The notes under the pieces: generated by a model | The model's database searches: none | Seen by the model: the letters and a program-made list of their open reading frames with translations, nothing else | What the model was told of the DNA's origin: nothing | Shown: in pieces, positions 30,885 through 40,592 of the stretch | How positions within the stretch are numbered: the stretch's first letter is position 1 | Layout of the letters: each line of letters starts with the position of its first letter | Assembly (NCBI GenBank): GCA_963719995.1 | Contig: CAVRDW010000001.1 | Location: 259,770 to 323,769, forward strand | DNA from: an uncultured beta proteobacterium | GTDB lineage: Bacteria; Pseudomonadota; Gammaproteobacteria; Burkholderiales; SG8-39 | Direction: 5' to 3' | DNA: 64,000 nucleotides | Position numbers and translations under genes: made by a program

Positions 30885-33737
30885 CTACTTGCGCGTCTCG
30901 ATCTGCACCAGCGGCTCCTCGCCGGCCGGACGCGAGGGTTCGCGGCGTGGCCGGCCGAGCGGCACGGACTCCTCGGGCTGCGCGGCCGGACTCGTCCGGT
31001 CAGCGCGCGTCTCCACCATCTGCAGCCCGGCGCTTTCCAGCATCTCGCGCGTATCCACGCGCGGCGCTTCCGGCGGCGCCGCCACGGGCCTTGACTCCAC
31101 CGGCCGCGTCGCCACGGGACTGGGCTCCACCGGCCGCGTCGCCACGGGACTGGGCTCCACCGGCTCCGCCGGGAGCGCAGCCGATAGCGCCAGTTCGGTC
31201 TTCACGACCTCGCCCGCGTCGCGCTCCTGGCTTGCGACTTCGCCGCGTGCTTCGCGTTCTCGCCGCGCGGCTTCGTCGCGGGCCTGCGCCTCGGCACGCA
31301 TCTGTGCCCGGTGCATTTCCCGCTCCCGCTTGCGCAGCTCCTCGACATCGGGGGACTTCGCCAGGAACGGCGGCACCTCGCCGGCTCCCTGGTCCTGCTC
31401 GAACGCGTCCGCCGGCAGTCCCGCAAGCTGCGGACGCGGACTCGCGCCCTGGTCGGGACGCCGCTCACGATGGCGGTCGCGGCGACCGCGCCGGCCGCGT
31501 CGCTGCTCGTCACCTTCGCGGGCCGCAGGCTGCGAGCCTTCGGGCATGCGTGGCGCCTGTGGCAGCAAGCCTTCTGCGGTGCGCGGTGCTTGCGGTTGCG
31601 AACCTTCGGCCGCGCGTGGCGTCTGCGGCTGAGATTGTTGAGGTTGCGCGGGTCGCTGTTGCCCCTGCGGGCGTTGCTGCTCAGGACGTCGCTCGCCGCC
31701 CGGGCGCTGGTCGCGCGGCTGCCCGCCATGGCGTTGGTCGGGCCTGCGCTCGCCGCCTTGCTGCGGACGGCGCTCGCCGCCCTGCTGCGGGCGGCGCTCG
31801 CCGCCACGGTGCTCGTCGCGCGGCCGGTCGCGCCGCTGATCGCGCCGCTCGTCGCGGCGCTCGCCGCCTTGGCGCTCACCACCGTGGCGCTGCTCGGGAC
31901 GGCGTTCGCGTTGCGACTGTTGCTCACGCCGCGGCTCGCGCGCAGTGCGTGAGGCGTCGTTCGCCGCAGGAAGCGCGGGCGATTCGGGTTTCTCCACCCG
32001 GAGCCATCCAAGGATCCGGCTCATGAAGCTCGTCTGAGACTGCGGGACCGCCTCGGCCCTGGCGGGCGCGGGGCGCGCAGGCTCGGCCGCCGGCGCTGCC
32101 GGTCGCTCCGGCACGATAGGGGCCGGCTGGTCGGGGACGATGCCCTTGACCGCAGCCTCGGGCCGCTCGCGCTTGGGCTCGCCCGTTGCCTCTTCGGGCT
32201 TGGGCTCTTCCGGCGGCTCGACCATCTCGTAGCTGGCGGGCACGTGCTCCATGGCGTTCAGCTCGTCGTGGCGCAGGCGCTGCACCTTGTAGTGCGGCGT
32301 CTCCAGGTGCGGGTTGGGCACCAGCAGGATGTTCACCTTGAGGCGCGCCTCGAGCTTCTGGATCTCCGCGCGCTTCTCGTTCAGCAGGAAGCTCGCCACG
32401 TCCACCGGCACCTGTACGTGCACGGCGCCCGTGTTCTCCTTCATGGCCTCTTCCTGCAGGATGCGCAGCACGTGCAGCGCCGTGGACTCGGTGCCGCGGA
32501 TGAAGCCGGTGCCGCTGCAGCGCGGGCAGCTGATGTGCGCCGTTTCCTCGAGGGACGCCTGCAGGCGCTGGCGCGAGAGCTCCAGCAGCCCGAAGCGCGA
32601 GATCTTGCCGATCTGCACGCGCGCGCGGTCGTAGCGCAGGGCGTCGCGAAAGCGGTTCTCCACCTCGCGCTGGTTCTTCTGCGACTCCATGTCGATGAAG
32701 TCGACCACGATCAGGCCGCCGAGGTCGCGCAGGCGCAGCTGGCGCGCCACTTCGTCGGCGGCCTCCAGGTTGGTGCGCAGCGCCGTTTCCTCGATGTCGC
32801 CGCCCTTGGTGGCGCGCGCCGAGTTGACGTCCACCGCGACCAGCGCCTCGGTGTGGTCGATGACGATCGCGCCGCCCGAGGGCAGGCTGACCTGGCGCGA
32901 GTAGGCGCTCTCGATCTGGTGCTCGATCTGGAAGCGCGAGAACAGGGGCACGTCGTCGCGGTAGAGCTTCACCTTGCCGACGTTGGCCGGCATCACCGTC
33001 TGCATGAACGTGCGCGCCTGCTCGTAGATCTCGTCGGTGTCGATCAGGATCTCGCCGATGTCCGGCTGCAGGTAGTCCCGGATGGCGCGGATGACGAGGC
33101 TCGACTCGAGATAGATCAGGAACGGCTTCTTTTCCTGCGTGGCCGTGGAGGCGCCTTCGACGGCGCCCCACAGCTGCAGCAGGTAATTGAGGTCCCACTG
33201 CAGCTCCTCGGGCGAGCGGCCGATCGCCGCCGTGCGCGCAATCACGCTCATGCCCTCGGGCACCTGCAGCTTGTCCAGCGTGTCGCGCAGCTCGTTGCGG
33301 TCCTCGCCCTCGACGCGGCGCGAGACGCCGCCGCCACGGGGGTTGTTCGGCATCAGGACGAGGTAACGTCCGGCGAGGCTGATGTAGGTGGTGAGGGCCG
33401 CGCCCTTGGTGCCGCGCTCGTCCTTCTCGACCTGGACGATGAGGTCCTGGCCTTCGGAGAGGGCATCCTGGATGCGCGCCCGGCCGACGTCCACGCCGGG
33501 CTTGAAATAGACCTTGTCGACTTCCTTGAAGGGCAGGAACCCGTGCCGTTCCTCGCCGTAATCGACGAAGGCGGCCTCGAGGCTGGGCTCGATGCGGGTG
33601 ATGATGCCTTTGTAGATATTGCTCTTGCGCTGCTCCCTTGCTGCGGACTCGATGTCGAGGTCGACTAACTTCTGTCCTTCTACGATGGCGACGCGCAACT
33701 CTTCCTGCTGCGTCGCATTGAACAACATGCGTTTCAC
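30885..33737 (-). CDS. rne: ribonuclease E
   Basis: Intact 950-aa ORF (GTG start). The N-terminal catalytic half is highly conserved ([24 protein letters not shown]...; [12 protein letters not shown] Zn-link). The C-terminal half is Arg/Pro/Glu-rich low-complexity scaffold. Confidence 0.97.
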   Translation of the reverse strand: MKRMLFNATQQEELRVAIVEGQKLVDLDIESAAREQRKSNIYKGIITRIEPSLEAAFVDYGEERHGFLPFKEVDKVYFKPGVDVGRARIQDALSEGQDLIVQVEKDERGTKGAALTTYISLAGRYLVLMPNNPRGGGVSRRVEGEDRNELRDTLDKLQVPEGMSVIARTAAIGRSPEELQWDLNYLLQLWGAVEGASTATQEKKPFLIYLESSLVIRAIRDYLQPDIGEILIDTDEIYEQARTFMQTVMPANVGKVKLYRDDVPLFSRFQIEHQIESAYSRQVSLPSGGAIVIDHTEALVAVDVNSARATKGGDIEETALRTNLEAADEVARQLRLRDLGGLIVVDFIDMESQKNQREVENRFRDALRYDRARVQIGKISRFGLLELSRQRLQASLEETAHISCPRCSGTGFIRGTESTALHVLRILQEEAMKENTGAVHVQVPVDVASFLLNEKRAEIQKLEARLKVNILLVPNPHLETPHYKVQRLRHDELNAMEHVPASYEMVEPPEEPKPEEATGEPKRERPEAAVKGIVPDQPAPIVPERPAAPAAEPARPAPARAEAVPQSQTSFMSRILGWLRVEKPESPALPAANDASRTAREPRREQQSQRERRPEQRHGGERQGGERRDERRDQRRDRPRDEHRGGERRPQQGGERRPQQGGERRPDQRHGGQPRDQRPGGERRPEQQRPQGQQRPAQPQQSQPQTPRAAEGSQPQAPRTAEGLLPQAPRMPEGSQPAAREGDEQRRGRRGRRDRHRERRPDQGASPRPQLAGLPADAFEQDQGAGEVPPFLAKSPDVEELRKREREMHRAQMRAEAQARDEAARREREARGEVASQERDAGEVVKTELALSAALPAEPVEPSPVATRPVEPSPVATRPVESRPVAAPPEAPRVDTREMLESAGLQMVETRADRTSPAAQPEESVPLGRPRREPSRPAGEEPLVQIETRK
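31081..31170 (-). repeat. 3 x 30-nt in-frame tandem repeat inside the rne scaffold region
   Basis: Units 31081-31110, 31111-31140 and 31141-31170 encode (PVATRPVE[PS]S/R) repeats. Confidence 0.85.
31747..31818 (-). repeat. 3 x 24-nt in-frame tandem repeat inside the rne scaffold region
   Basis: Units starting 31747, 31771 and 31795 encode GGERRPQQ-type repeats. Confidence 0.8.
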
Positions 33738-34005
33738 TTCGTATTCTCCTGCGCGCGCAGGAGATCCTGATGTCCGTCGGTCAGCGTTCTCCTAGGAAAA
33801 GCTGGATGCGAAGGGGCGGGGAATGATCCTGCCGCGCGCTATTGAGTAGTATCGCTACTTAGGGTGAGCGAACATCACCACTGCTTCAGGTCCGGCTGTG
33901 GCCGAACAGGAGGCGGGTTGCAGGTCCCGGCGGCGGAAAAGGTCTTCGCCACACCCATCGAACCTGTGCCTCGCATCTCGAAGCAACGCGGGGATCATAC
34001 GGATA
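33738..34005 (-). promoter_or_regulatory. rne 5' leader / rne-rluC divergent control region with an SD-sequestering hairpin
   Basis: A perfect 20-nt palindrome TCTCCTGCGC|GCGCAGGAGA lies at 33745-33764. Its 3' arm on the rne mRNA is the AGGAGA Shine-Dalgarno, 7 nt before the GTG start at 33737. Confidence 0.6.
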
Positions 34006-34954
34006 ATGAATGACTTAAGCAAGGCTCGGGCGACCCTACTCGAAGTCGGGGAGGAAAGCGCCTCGCAGCGCATCGACAATTTCCTGCTGCGCCGCCTGAA
34101 GGGCGTGCCCAAGAGCCACGTCTACCAGGTGCTGCGCAGCGGCCAGGTGCGGGTCAACAGCGGCCGTGTCAAGCCGGACTATCGGCTGAGGGTCGGTGAC
34201 CGCGTCCGCCTGCCGCCGGTGCGCGTGCGCGGCGGCCGTGAAGCCGGCTCCCAAGCCCATGGCGCTGCCGATCGTGTACGAGGACGCATCGCTGCTGGTG
34301 ATCGACAAACCGTCGGGCATCGCGGTGCACGGCGGCAGCGGGGTGAGTTACGGCGTGATCGAATCCCTGCGCGCGCAGCGGCCGCAGGCGAAGCTGCTGG
34401 AGCTGGTGCACCGCCTGGACCGCGACACTTCGGGGCTGCTGGTCGTCGCCAAGAAGCGCAGCGCGCTGGTCGAGCTGCACCGCATGCTGCGCGAGGGCCT
34501 GGTCCACAAGCTCTACGCGGCGCTCGTGCAGGGGAGGTGGAGCGGCGGCGCACGCGAGATCCGGGCGCCGCTGCACAAGTTCGTCACCGCCGGCGGGGAA
34601 CGGCGGGTGGCGGTGCACGGGGACGGCCAATCGGCGCTCACCCGGGTGCGGCCGATCGCCGCCGGCGACGCGTGCAGTCTCCTCGAGCTGGAGCTGCTGA
34701 CCGGCCGCACGCACCAGATCCGCGTGCACCTCGCGCACGCCGGCCATCCGGTCCTGGGCGACGACAAATATGGGGATTTCGAGCTCAATCGCGCGTTGGT
34801 GAAAGAAGGCGTGAAGCGCCTGATGCTGCATGCGCGCCGGCTGAGTTTCGTGCATCCAGTGAGCGGCGAGCCGATCGAGCTCGACTCGCCGTTGCCGACG
34901 GACATGCGCCGCTTTGCGGAGACCCACCTTGCGATACCAGCTGGTCGTCTTTGA
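34006..34954 (+). CDS. rluC: 23S rRNA pseudouridine synthase RluC-like, one frameshift
   Basis: The S4-domain N-part (MNDLSKARATLLEVGEESASQRIDNFLLRRLKGVPKSHVYQVLRSGQVRVN) lies in the frame of ORF 33898-35064. The catalytic part (HRLDRDTSGLLVVAK, GRTHQIRVH) is ORF 34196-34954. The frames join at about 34225. Confidence 0.85.
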
Positions 34955-35579
34955 CTGGGACGGCACGCTCATGGATTCGACGGCGGGCATCGCCGAATCG
35001 ATCCGCAGCGCGGCGCGCGACCTGGGCTTGCCGGTACCGGCCCGGGAAGTCGCCAGCCACGTGATCGGGCTTGGGCTGCGCGATTCGCTGCGCGGCGCGG
35101 TGCCTGCCCTGCCGGAGCAGCGCTACGCGGAGTTCGTTGAAGCGTACCGGCGGCACTTCGCGCTCGAGCAGCAGAGGATGGAGCTGTTCCCGGGCGTGCG
35201 CGAGCTGCTGGAGGAGCTGCTCGCAAGCGGACGGCTGCTGGCGGTGGCGACGGGCAAGAGCCGCCGCGGCCTGGACCAGGCGCTCGCGGCGACCGACCTG
35301 CAGCGGTACTTCGCCGCCTCCCGCTGCGCGGACGAGACGACGCCCAAGCCGGACCCCGCGATGCTGCTGGAGCTCCTGGACGAGCTCGACGCGGCGCCAA
35401 GGGGCGCGCTGATGGTCGGCGATACGTCGCACGACCTCGAAATGGCGCGCGGCGCCGGCGTGGATGCGGTGGCGGTGAGCTACGGCGCGCATGCGGGGGA
35501 CGCGCTGCGCGTTCTCGCGCCGCGAGCCTGCGTGGCTAGCGTCGCCGAACTGCGGGCATGGCTGACGGCGCACGGCTGA
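34929..35579 (+). CDS. HAD-IA family hydrolase (phosphoglycolate-phosphatase-like)
   Basis: ORF 34914-35579. DxD motif VVFDWDGTL, ATGKSR, GDTSHD. TTG 34929 has GGAGA 6 nt upstream; TTG 34914 is the longest alternative. Confidence 0.85.
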   Translation: MRYQLVVFDWDGTLMDSTAGIAESIRSAARDLGLPVPAREVASHVIGLGLRDSLRGAVPALPEQRYAEFVEAYRRHFALEQQRMELFPGVRELLEELLASGRLLAVATGKSRRGLDQALAATDLQRYFAASRCADETTPKPDPAMLLELLDELDAAPRGALMVGDTSHDLEMARGAGVDAVAVSYGAHAGDALRVLAPRACVASVAELRAWLTAHG

Positions 35580-35914
35580 TCTGCGCCTCCGGCGCATTGC
35601 GCGAGGCGGGGGCCGGGGTGCGCTTCGACGTGGAGTACTTCGGCGAGCGCGCGCCTGCGTTCGTCGTGCGCTTCCAGGGGCGCGTCCACGGCTACCTCAA
35701 CCGCTGCGCGCACGTGGCAATGGAACTCGATTGGCGCGCGGGAGCGTTCTTCGATTCGGCGGGGCGCGATTTGATATGCTCGACCCACGGCGCCGTGTAC
35801 GCGGCCGACAGCGGGCGCTGCCTCGGCGGGCCCTGCGGCGGGGCGCCGCTGGTTCCCCTCAGGCTGGAAGAGCGCGACGGGCAGGTCTATTTCATAGGAG
35901 TCGCAGATGACTGA
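35558..35914 (+). CDS. Rieske [2Fe-2S] domain protein
   Basis: Intact 118-aa ORF. CAH...x17...CSTHG Rieske ligands. Confidence 0.85.
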   Translation: MADGARLICASGALREAGAGVRFDVEYFGERAPAFVVRFQGRVHGYLNRCAHVAMELDWRAGAFFDSAGRDLICSTHGAVYAADSGRCLGGPCGGAPLVPLRLEERDGQVYFIGVADD

Positions 35915-36848
35915 CAACGGCGAGCATTGGGAGCGCGGGCTGATCGAGAAGCTGGCGACCGCGGCGCTCAAGGAGCAACGTCGCGCGCGGCTGTGGGGCA
36001 TCTTCTTCAAGCTGCTGACCTTTGCCTACATCACCGTGATCATCCTGCTGGCGATCGACTGGAAGAGCGGGGGCGAGGTTTCCGGCAAGCACACGGCGCT
36101 GGTGGAGGTGAGCGGCATCATCGGTCCGGGCACCGATGCGAGCGCCGAGCGGGTCACCACCGCGTTGCAGGCCGCGTTCAAGGACAAGAACACGCAAGGG
36201 GTCGTGGTGCGCATCAACAGCCCCGGCGGCAGCCCGGTCCAGGCGCAGAACATCTACGAAGAGATGCGCAGGCTGCGCAAGAAGCATCCGGCGATCCCGC
36301 TCTACGCGGTGGTCGAGGACCTGTGCGCCTCGGGCGGCTATTACGTGGCCGCGGGAGCCGACCGCATCTACGTCGCCAAGTCGAGCATCGTCGGCTCCAT
36401 CGGCGTGCGCATGGACAGCTTCGGCGTCACCGGGCTGATGGAGAAGCTCGGCGTCGAGCGGCGCCTGCTCACCGCGGGGGACAACAAGGGCTTCCTCGAC
36501 CCGTTCCTGCCAGTGGACGAGCGCCAGAAGCAGCACGCGCAGACGCTGCTCGAGGACATCCATCAGCAGTTCATCGGCGTGGTGCGCGAAGGCCGCGGCA
36601 AGCGCCTGAAGGAGACGCCGGACATGTTCTCGGGGCTGATCTGGACCGGACACAAGAGCCTGGAGCTCGGGCTTGCCGACGCTTACGGCAGCCTCGACTA
36701 CGTGGCGCGCGAGGTCGTCAAGGCGGAGAACATCGTCGACTACACCCAGAAGGAGAACATCGCGGAGAAGTTCGCGCGCCGTTTTGGCGCCGGCGCCGCG
36801 AGCGCCATCCTCGAGCTGGCGATCCGCCAGGCACCGCAGCTGCGCTAG
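35907..36848 (+). CDS. sppA: signal peptide peptidase SppA, 36K type (S49)
   Basis: Intact 313-aa ORF. N-terminal anchor, catalytic region VRINSPGGS and CASGGYYVA...GSIGV. The TAG stop (36846-36848) shares its G with the first base of the downstream repeat element. Confidence 0.9.
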   Translation: MTDNGEHWERGLIEKLATAALKEQRRARLWGIFFKLLTFAYITVIILLAIDWKSGGEVSGKHTALVEVSGIIGPGTDASAERVTTALQAAFKDKNTQGVVVRINSPGGSPVQAQNIYEEMRRLRKKHPAIPLYAVVEDLCASGGYYVAAGADRIYVAKSSIVGSIGVRMDSFGVTGLMEKLGVERRLLTAGDNKGFLDPFLPVDERQKQHAQTLLEDIHQQFIGVVREGRGKRLKETPDMFSGLIWTGHKSLELGLADAYGSLDYVAREVVKAENIVDYTQKENIAEKFARRFGAGAASAILELAIRQAPQLR

Positions 36849-37203
36849 GGAGACTCTGATTTATTCGCGCGGTGGCGCGTTGCGGCCGGAACGCGGCGCC
36901 GGCTAGGCGCGCGGCCGCAGCGATAGGTCGATATCGCAAGGCCGAGCAACAACGCCGGCGCCCGTGTCATCGCGCTATCGTATGCCCACCGTCGAGGACT
37001 TCCGGCCGCAACCCGAAGGCGGCGAGGCCTTTGCCTTGAACCCCCGCCTCGCGGCCTCGCCGCCTGGAGGGACGGGGTCGAGTTTTCACGCATGGCTTCG
37101 CCATCGGCCGCCTTGCGGGCGTCCAGCACACGGCGGCGTCCGCTGTCTCGCCCTGCACGAAAATCGCCACCGTCGCGCACGCGGGAATAAATCAGAGTCT
37201 CCC
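36848..37203. mobile_element. MITE-like non-coding element, copy 1 (356 bp)
   Basis: Termini GGGAGACTCTGATTTATTC (left) and its exact reverse complement (right). Flanks are TA / TG. The internal sequence is homologous to copies 2 and 3 but in inverse orientation. Multiple internal inverted repeats. Only spurious ORFs. Confidence 0.8.
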
Positions 37204-37235
37204 TGGGCGGACGTCGCGCTGCCCGCCGGCTGGCC

Positions 37236-37922
37236 CTAGGCCAGCAGCAGGAAGACCGCGGGCCGCTTGCCGAGCGCGGTGCGCATGCCTCGCCATTGCG
37301 CGATCGTGCGCGTCGAGATTTCCTCGGTGGGCAGCGTCAGATCGGCGGCGACGCAGAGGCGCGTGCCGCGGTCGCACGATGCCAGCAGCGCCTCCAGCAG
37401 CGCGTCGTTGCGGTAGGGCGTCTCGATGAAGATCTGCGTTTCACGCTCGGCCCGCGAGCGCCGCTCCAGGCTGCGGATGCGCTCCGCGCGCTCGCGCTTG
37501 TCGCGCGGCAGGTAGCCGCAGAAGGCGAAGCGCTGCCCTTCGAGGCCGGAGGCCATCAGGGCGAGCAGGATGGCGGAGGAGCCGGCCAGCGGAATGACCC
37601 GGAAACCTTCGCGATGCGCGGCCGCGACCACGTCCGCGCCGGGATCGGCGACCGCCGGGCAGCCGGCTTCCGAGATCACGCCGAGCGAGCGTCCTTCGCG
37701 CAGGGGTGCCAGCAGCGGCGCGGCATCCTCGCCGATCTCGCGGATGTTGAGCTCGCGCATGGCGCAGGGCATGCCCAGCGCGGCAAGATAGGCGCGCGCG
37801 GTCTTCGCATTCTCGACGGCGAAATCCCGCAACGAGCGTACCGCCTGTGCCGTTGCGGCTGGCAGCGCCTCCGCGGCGGGGCCGCCGAGAGGAGCCGGAA
37901 TGAGATAGAGGGCGGCTGTCAT
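37236..37922 (-). CDS. SAM-dependent methyltransferase, tetrapyrrole-methylase (RsmI-like) fold
   Basis: Intact 228-aa ORF. LYLIPAPLG..., GVISEAGCPAVADPG, ETPYR motifs. Confidence 0.8.
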   Translation of the reverse strand: MTAALYLIPAPLGGPAAEALPAATAQAVRSLRDFAVENAKTARAYLAALGMPCAMRELNIREIGEDAAPLLAPLREGRSLGVISEAGCPAVADPGADVVAAAHREGFRVIPLAGSSAILLALMASGLEGQRFAFCGYLPRDKRERAERIRSLERRSRAERETQIFIETPYRNDALLEALLASCDRGTRLCVAADLTLPTEEISTRTIAQWRGMRTALGKRPAVFLLLA

Positions 37923-38512
37923 TCACGCAGCACGGGCATGCCGGCCTGCTGCAGCAGTTGGGTGAGTGCGATGAGCGGCAGGCCGACGAGCGCCGTCGGA
38001 TCGTGGCACTCGATGCGCGCGATGAGCGCGATGCCCAAGCCTTCCGATTTCGCGCTGCCCGCGCAGTCGTAGGGCTGCTCGCGCTGCAAGTAGTCCTCGA
38101 TCTGCGCGGCGCTGAGCCGCCGAAAATGCACCAGGCAGGGCACGACGACCGAGCGGATCGCTCCGCTGTGTGCATCGCACAGCGAGACTGCAGTGTCGAA
38201 ACAGGCCGTGTGGCCGCTCATCCTGGTCAGCTGCCGGACCGCGTTGGCGTGCGTGCCGGGCTTGTCGAGAACTTCGCCGCCGCAGGATGCGACCTGATCG
38301 GAGCCGATGATCAACGCGCGCGGGAATCGCGCGACAACGGCCCGCGCCTTCGCCTCAGCGAGCCTCGCCGCGGTGGCCGCCGGCGCTTCCGCTGGCAGCG
38401 CGCGCTCCTCCACCGCAGGGTCTGCGCATTCGAAGGGCAGGCCGAGCCGTCCGAGCAGCGCCTTGCGATAGCGCGAGGTGGACGCGAGCACCAATGGTCG
38501 AGGCTGAAGCAT
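37919..38512 (-). CDS. maf: Maf-family nucleoside-triphosphate pyrophosphatase (YceF-like)
   Basis: MLQPRPLVLASTSRYRKALLGRLGLPF...IIGSDQV...YDCAGS. Sits in the yceF position divergent from yceD-rpmF, as in E. coli. Confidence 0.85.
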   Translation of the reverse strand: MLQPRPLVLASTSRYRKALLGRLGLPFECADPAVEERALPAEAPAATAARLAEAKARAVVARFPRALIIGSDQVASCGGEVLDKPGTHANAVRQLTRMSGHTACFDTAVSLCDAHSGAIRSVVVPCLVHFRRLSAAQIEDYLQREQPYDCAGSAKSEGLGIALIARIECHDPTALVGLPLIALTQLLQQAGMPVLRE

Positions 38513-38560
38513 GGCTTTGTTTTGACACGGTTTTTCGCGAATGATATCATCCGCGCCTTC

Positions 38561-39067
38561 ATGCCGCAGCAGCCGGGGCAGTTTCCCGTGATCGACGGCT
38601 TCAAGTTTGCGGCGGCCGGGGGCAAGCTGCAGGGCACTTGGCCAGTGCGCGTGTTTCCCCGATTGCGCGACCTGTTGCACGATGACTCGGGAACGATCGA
38701 GTACGAGGTGCTCGGCGGCATCAGCGCGCTCGGGCAGCCGGAGCTTGCGTTGCGCGCCTGGGGCACGCTGCAACTGGCGTGCAAGCAGTGTCTGGGCGCG
38801 CTGGCGTTCGCGGCCCGGGTGGAGTCGACGCTGCGGCTGGCGTCCACGCAGGCAGAGGTGGACGCGGAGCCGTTGACGGCCGAAGGGCCGGATAGCATCG
38901 TGGCGACGAAGGCGATGCCGGTGCGCGATCTGGTCGAGGACGAGCTGCTGCTCGCCTTGCCCTACGCGCCGAGACATCAGGATTGCGCGGCGCGCGCCGA
39001 GCACGCGCCGCAGGCAGGGCAGACGCCGTTTGCGGGGTTGCGCGGAAAGCTGCGCGGCGACAGATGA
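38561..39067 (+). CDS. yceD: YceD/DUF177 family protein
   Basis: 168 aa inside ORF 37958-39067. CxxC...[12 protein letters not shown] pattern. Immediately upstream of rpmF. Confidence 0.85.
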   Translation: MPQQPGQFPVIDGFKFAAAGGKLQGTWPVRVFPRLRDLLHDDSGTIEYEVLGGISALGQPELALRAWGTLQLACKQCLGALAFAARVESTLRLASTQAEVDAEPLTAEGPDSIVATKAMPVRDLVEDELLLALPYAPRHQDCAARAEHAPQAGQTPFAGLRGKLRGDR

Positions 39068-39086
39068 ACTTGAAAGGAGCTTGACC

Positions 39087-39266
39087 ATGGCAGTGCAACA
39101 GAACAAGAAATCGCCTTCGCGGCGCGGCATGCATCGGGCGCACGACTTCCTGAGCAATCCGCCGCTGGCGATCGAGCCCACCACGGGCGAGGCGCACCTG
39201 CGCCACCACGTCAGCCCGACCGGCTACTACCGCGGCAAGAAGGTCGCGAAGGCCAAAGGCGAGTAA
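39087..39266 (+). CDS. rpmF: 50S ribosomal protein L32
   Basis: [22 protein letters not shown]... after AAAGGAG. Confidence 0.97.
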   Translation: MAVQQNKKSPSRRGMHRAHDFLSNPPLAIEPTTGEAHLRHHVSPTGYYRGKKVAKAKGE

Positions 39267-39306
39267 GCCTCCCGCGCGCATCCTCATCCGGCGGTCGCGG
39301 CGCAAA

Positions 39307-39536
39307 GGGAGCCTCTGGCCTATTCCCGCGTGCGCGACGGTGGCTCAGGGCAAAGGCCTCGCCGCCCTCGGGTTGCGGCCGGAAGTCCTCGACGGTTGGC
39401 ATACGATAGCGCGATGACACGGGCGCCGGCGTTGTTGCTCGGCCTTGCGATATCGACCTATCGCTGCGGCCGCGCGCCTAGCCGGCGCCGCGTTCCGGCC
39501 GCAACGCGCATGCGCGCGAATAAGCCAGAGGCTCCC
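39307..39536. mobile_element. MITE-like non-coding element, copy 2 (230 bp, internally deleted)
   Basis: Termini GGGAGCCTCTGGC[C/T]TATTC. Flanks are AA / TA. Lacks the roughly 125-195 bp central module of copies 1 and 3. Lies between rpmF and plsX. Confidence 0.8.
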
Positions 39537-39549
39537 TAGGACCAGCTCG

Positions 39550-40592
39550 ATGGACATCACGGTCGCAATTGACTGCATGGGGGGCGATCATGGCCCCCGG
39601 GTGACGGTCCCTGCCGCCCTGGAGCTATTGCGCCGGCACGCCGACGTCGCAGTCGTGTTGGTCGGGCAGCGTGAAGCGCTGGACAAGGAACTGGCGGCGC
39701 AGGGCCACTTGGATGGTGCGCGCCTGCGCGTTCGGCACGCAGCCGAAGTGGTCAGCATGGACGAGCCGCCGGCGCAAGCACTGCGCTACAAGAAGGACTC
39801 GTCGATGCGGGTCGCGGTCAACCTGGTGAAGACGGGCGAGGCCCATGCCTGCGTCAGCGCCGGCAACACCGGCGCGCTGATGGCGATCTCGCGCTATCGT
39901 GCTCAAGACCTTGCCCGGCATCGACCGCCCGCGATCGCCACGGTGCTGCCCAACATGCAGGGCGGCTAGACCTACGTGCTCGACCTGGGCGCCAACGTCG
40001 ACTGCACCCCCGAGCAGCTGATGCAGTTCGGCGTCATGGGGGCGATGCTGGTGGCGGCCGTCGAGCACAAGGAACGGCCAACGGTGGGCCTGCTCAACAT
40101 CGGCGACGAGGACATCAAGGGCAACGAGACGGTGAAGCGCGCGGCCGATCTGCTGCGCGCCAGCGGACTGAATTTCCACGGCAACGTCGAGGGCGACGAC
40201 ATCTTCAAGGGCACGACCGACGTGGTGGTCTGCGACGGCTTCGTCGGCAATGTCGCTGCTCAAGGCCTCCGAAGGCGTGGCCACGATGATCACCGGCTTC
40301 CTGCGCCAGGAGTTCACGCGCAATCCGTGGCGCAGGCTGTCGGCGCTGGTGGCGATGCCGGTGCTCAAAGCGCTGCGCAGCGCGCATGGATCCCGGCCGC
40401 TACAACGGCGCGAGCCTGCTCGGCCTGCGCGGCATCGTGATCAAGAGCCATGGCTCGGCGGACGCATACGCCTTCGGCCAGGCGCTGGAGCGCGCCGTCG
40501 AGGAGGTGCGCAACGACGTGCTCCAGCGCATCACCCGGCGCATGGGGCAAGCGCAGCCCGCCGCCGACGACAGGGAAGCGGCTGCGCGATGA
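39550..40592 (+). CDS. plsX: phosphate acyltransferase PlsX, interrupted (indel pair, in-frame TAG, further frameshifts)
   Basis: [16 protein letters not shown]..., [45 protein letters not shown], spread over ORFs 39445-39969, 39976-40440, 40250-40819 and 40386-40592. Confidence 0.9.

Noticed and set aside
36964-37239. ORFs encoding MSSRYRMPTVEDFRPQPEGGEAFAL... and [17 protein letters not shown]..., recurring at 39211-39420, 39445-39540 and 56691-57086
   Set aside because: They recur only because they lie inside the three MITE-like copies, in either orientation. They lack SD sequences, have variable ends and are interrupted by the internal deletion of copy 2.
39967-39969. In-frame TAG in plsX as stop-codon reassignment or programmed readthrough
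   Set aside because: TAG is used as the genuine terminator of several well-supported genes in the window (sppA, nagZ, efp, porin-like, degP-like). A point lesion is far more likely.
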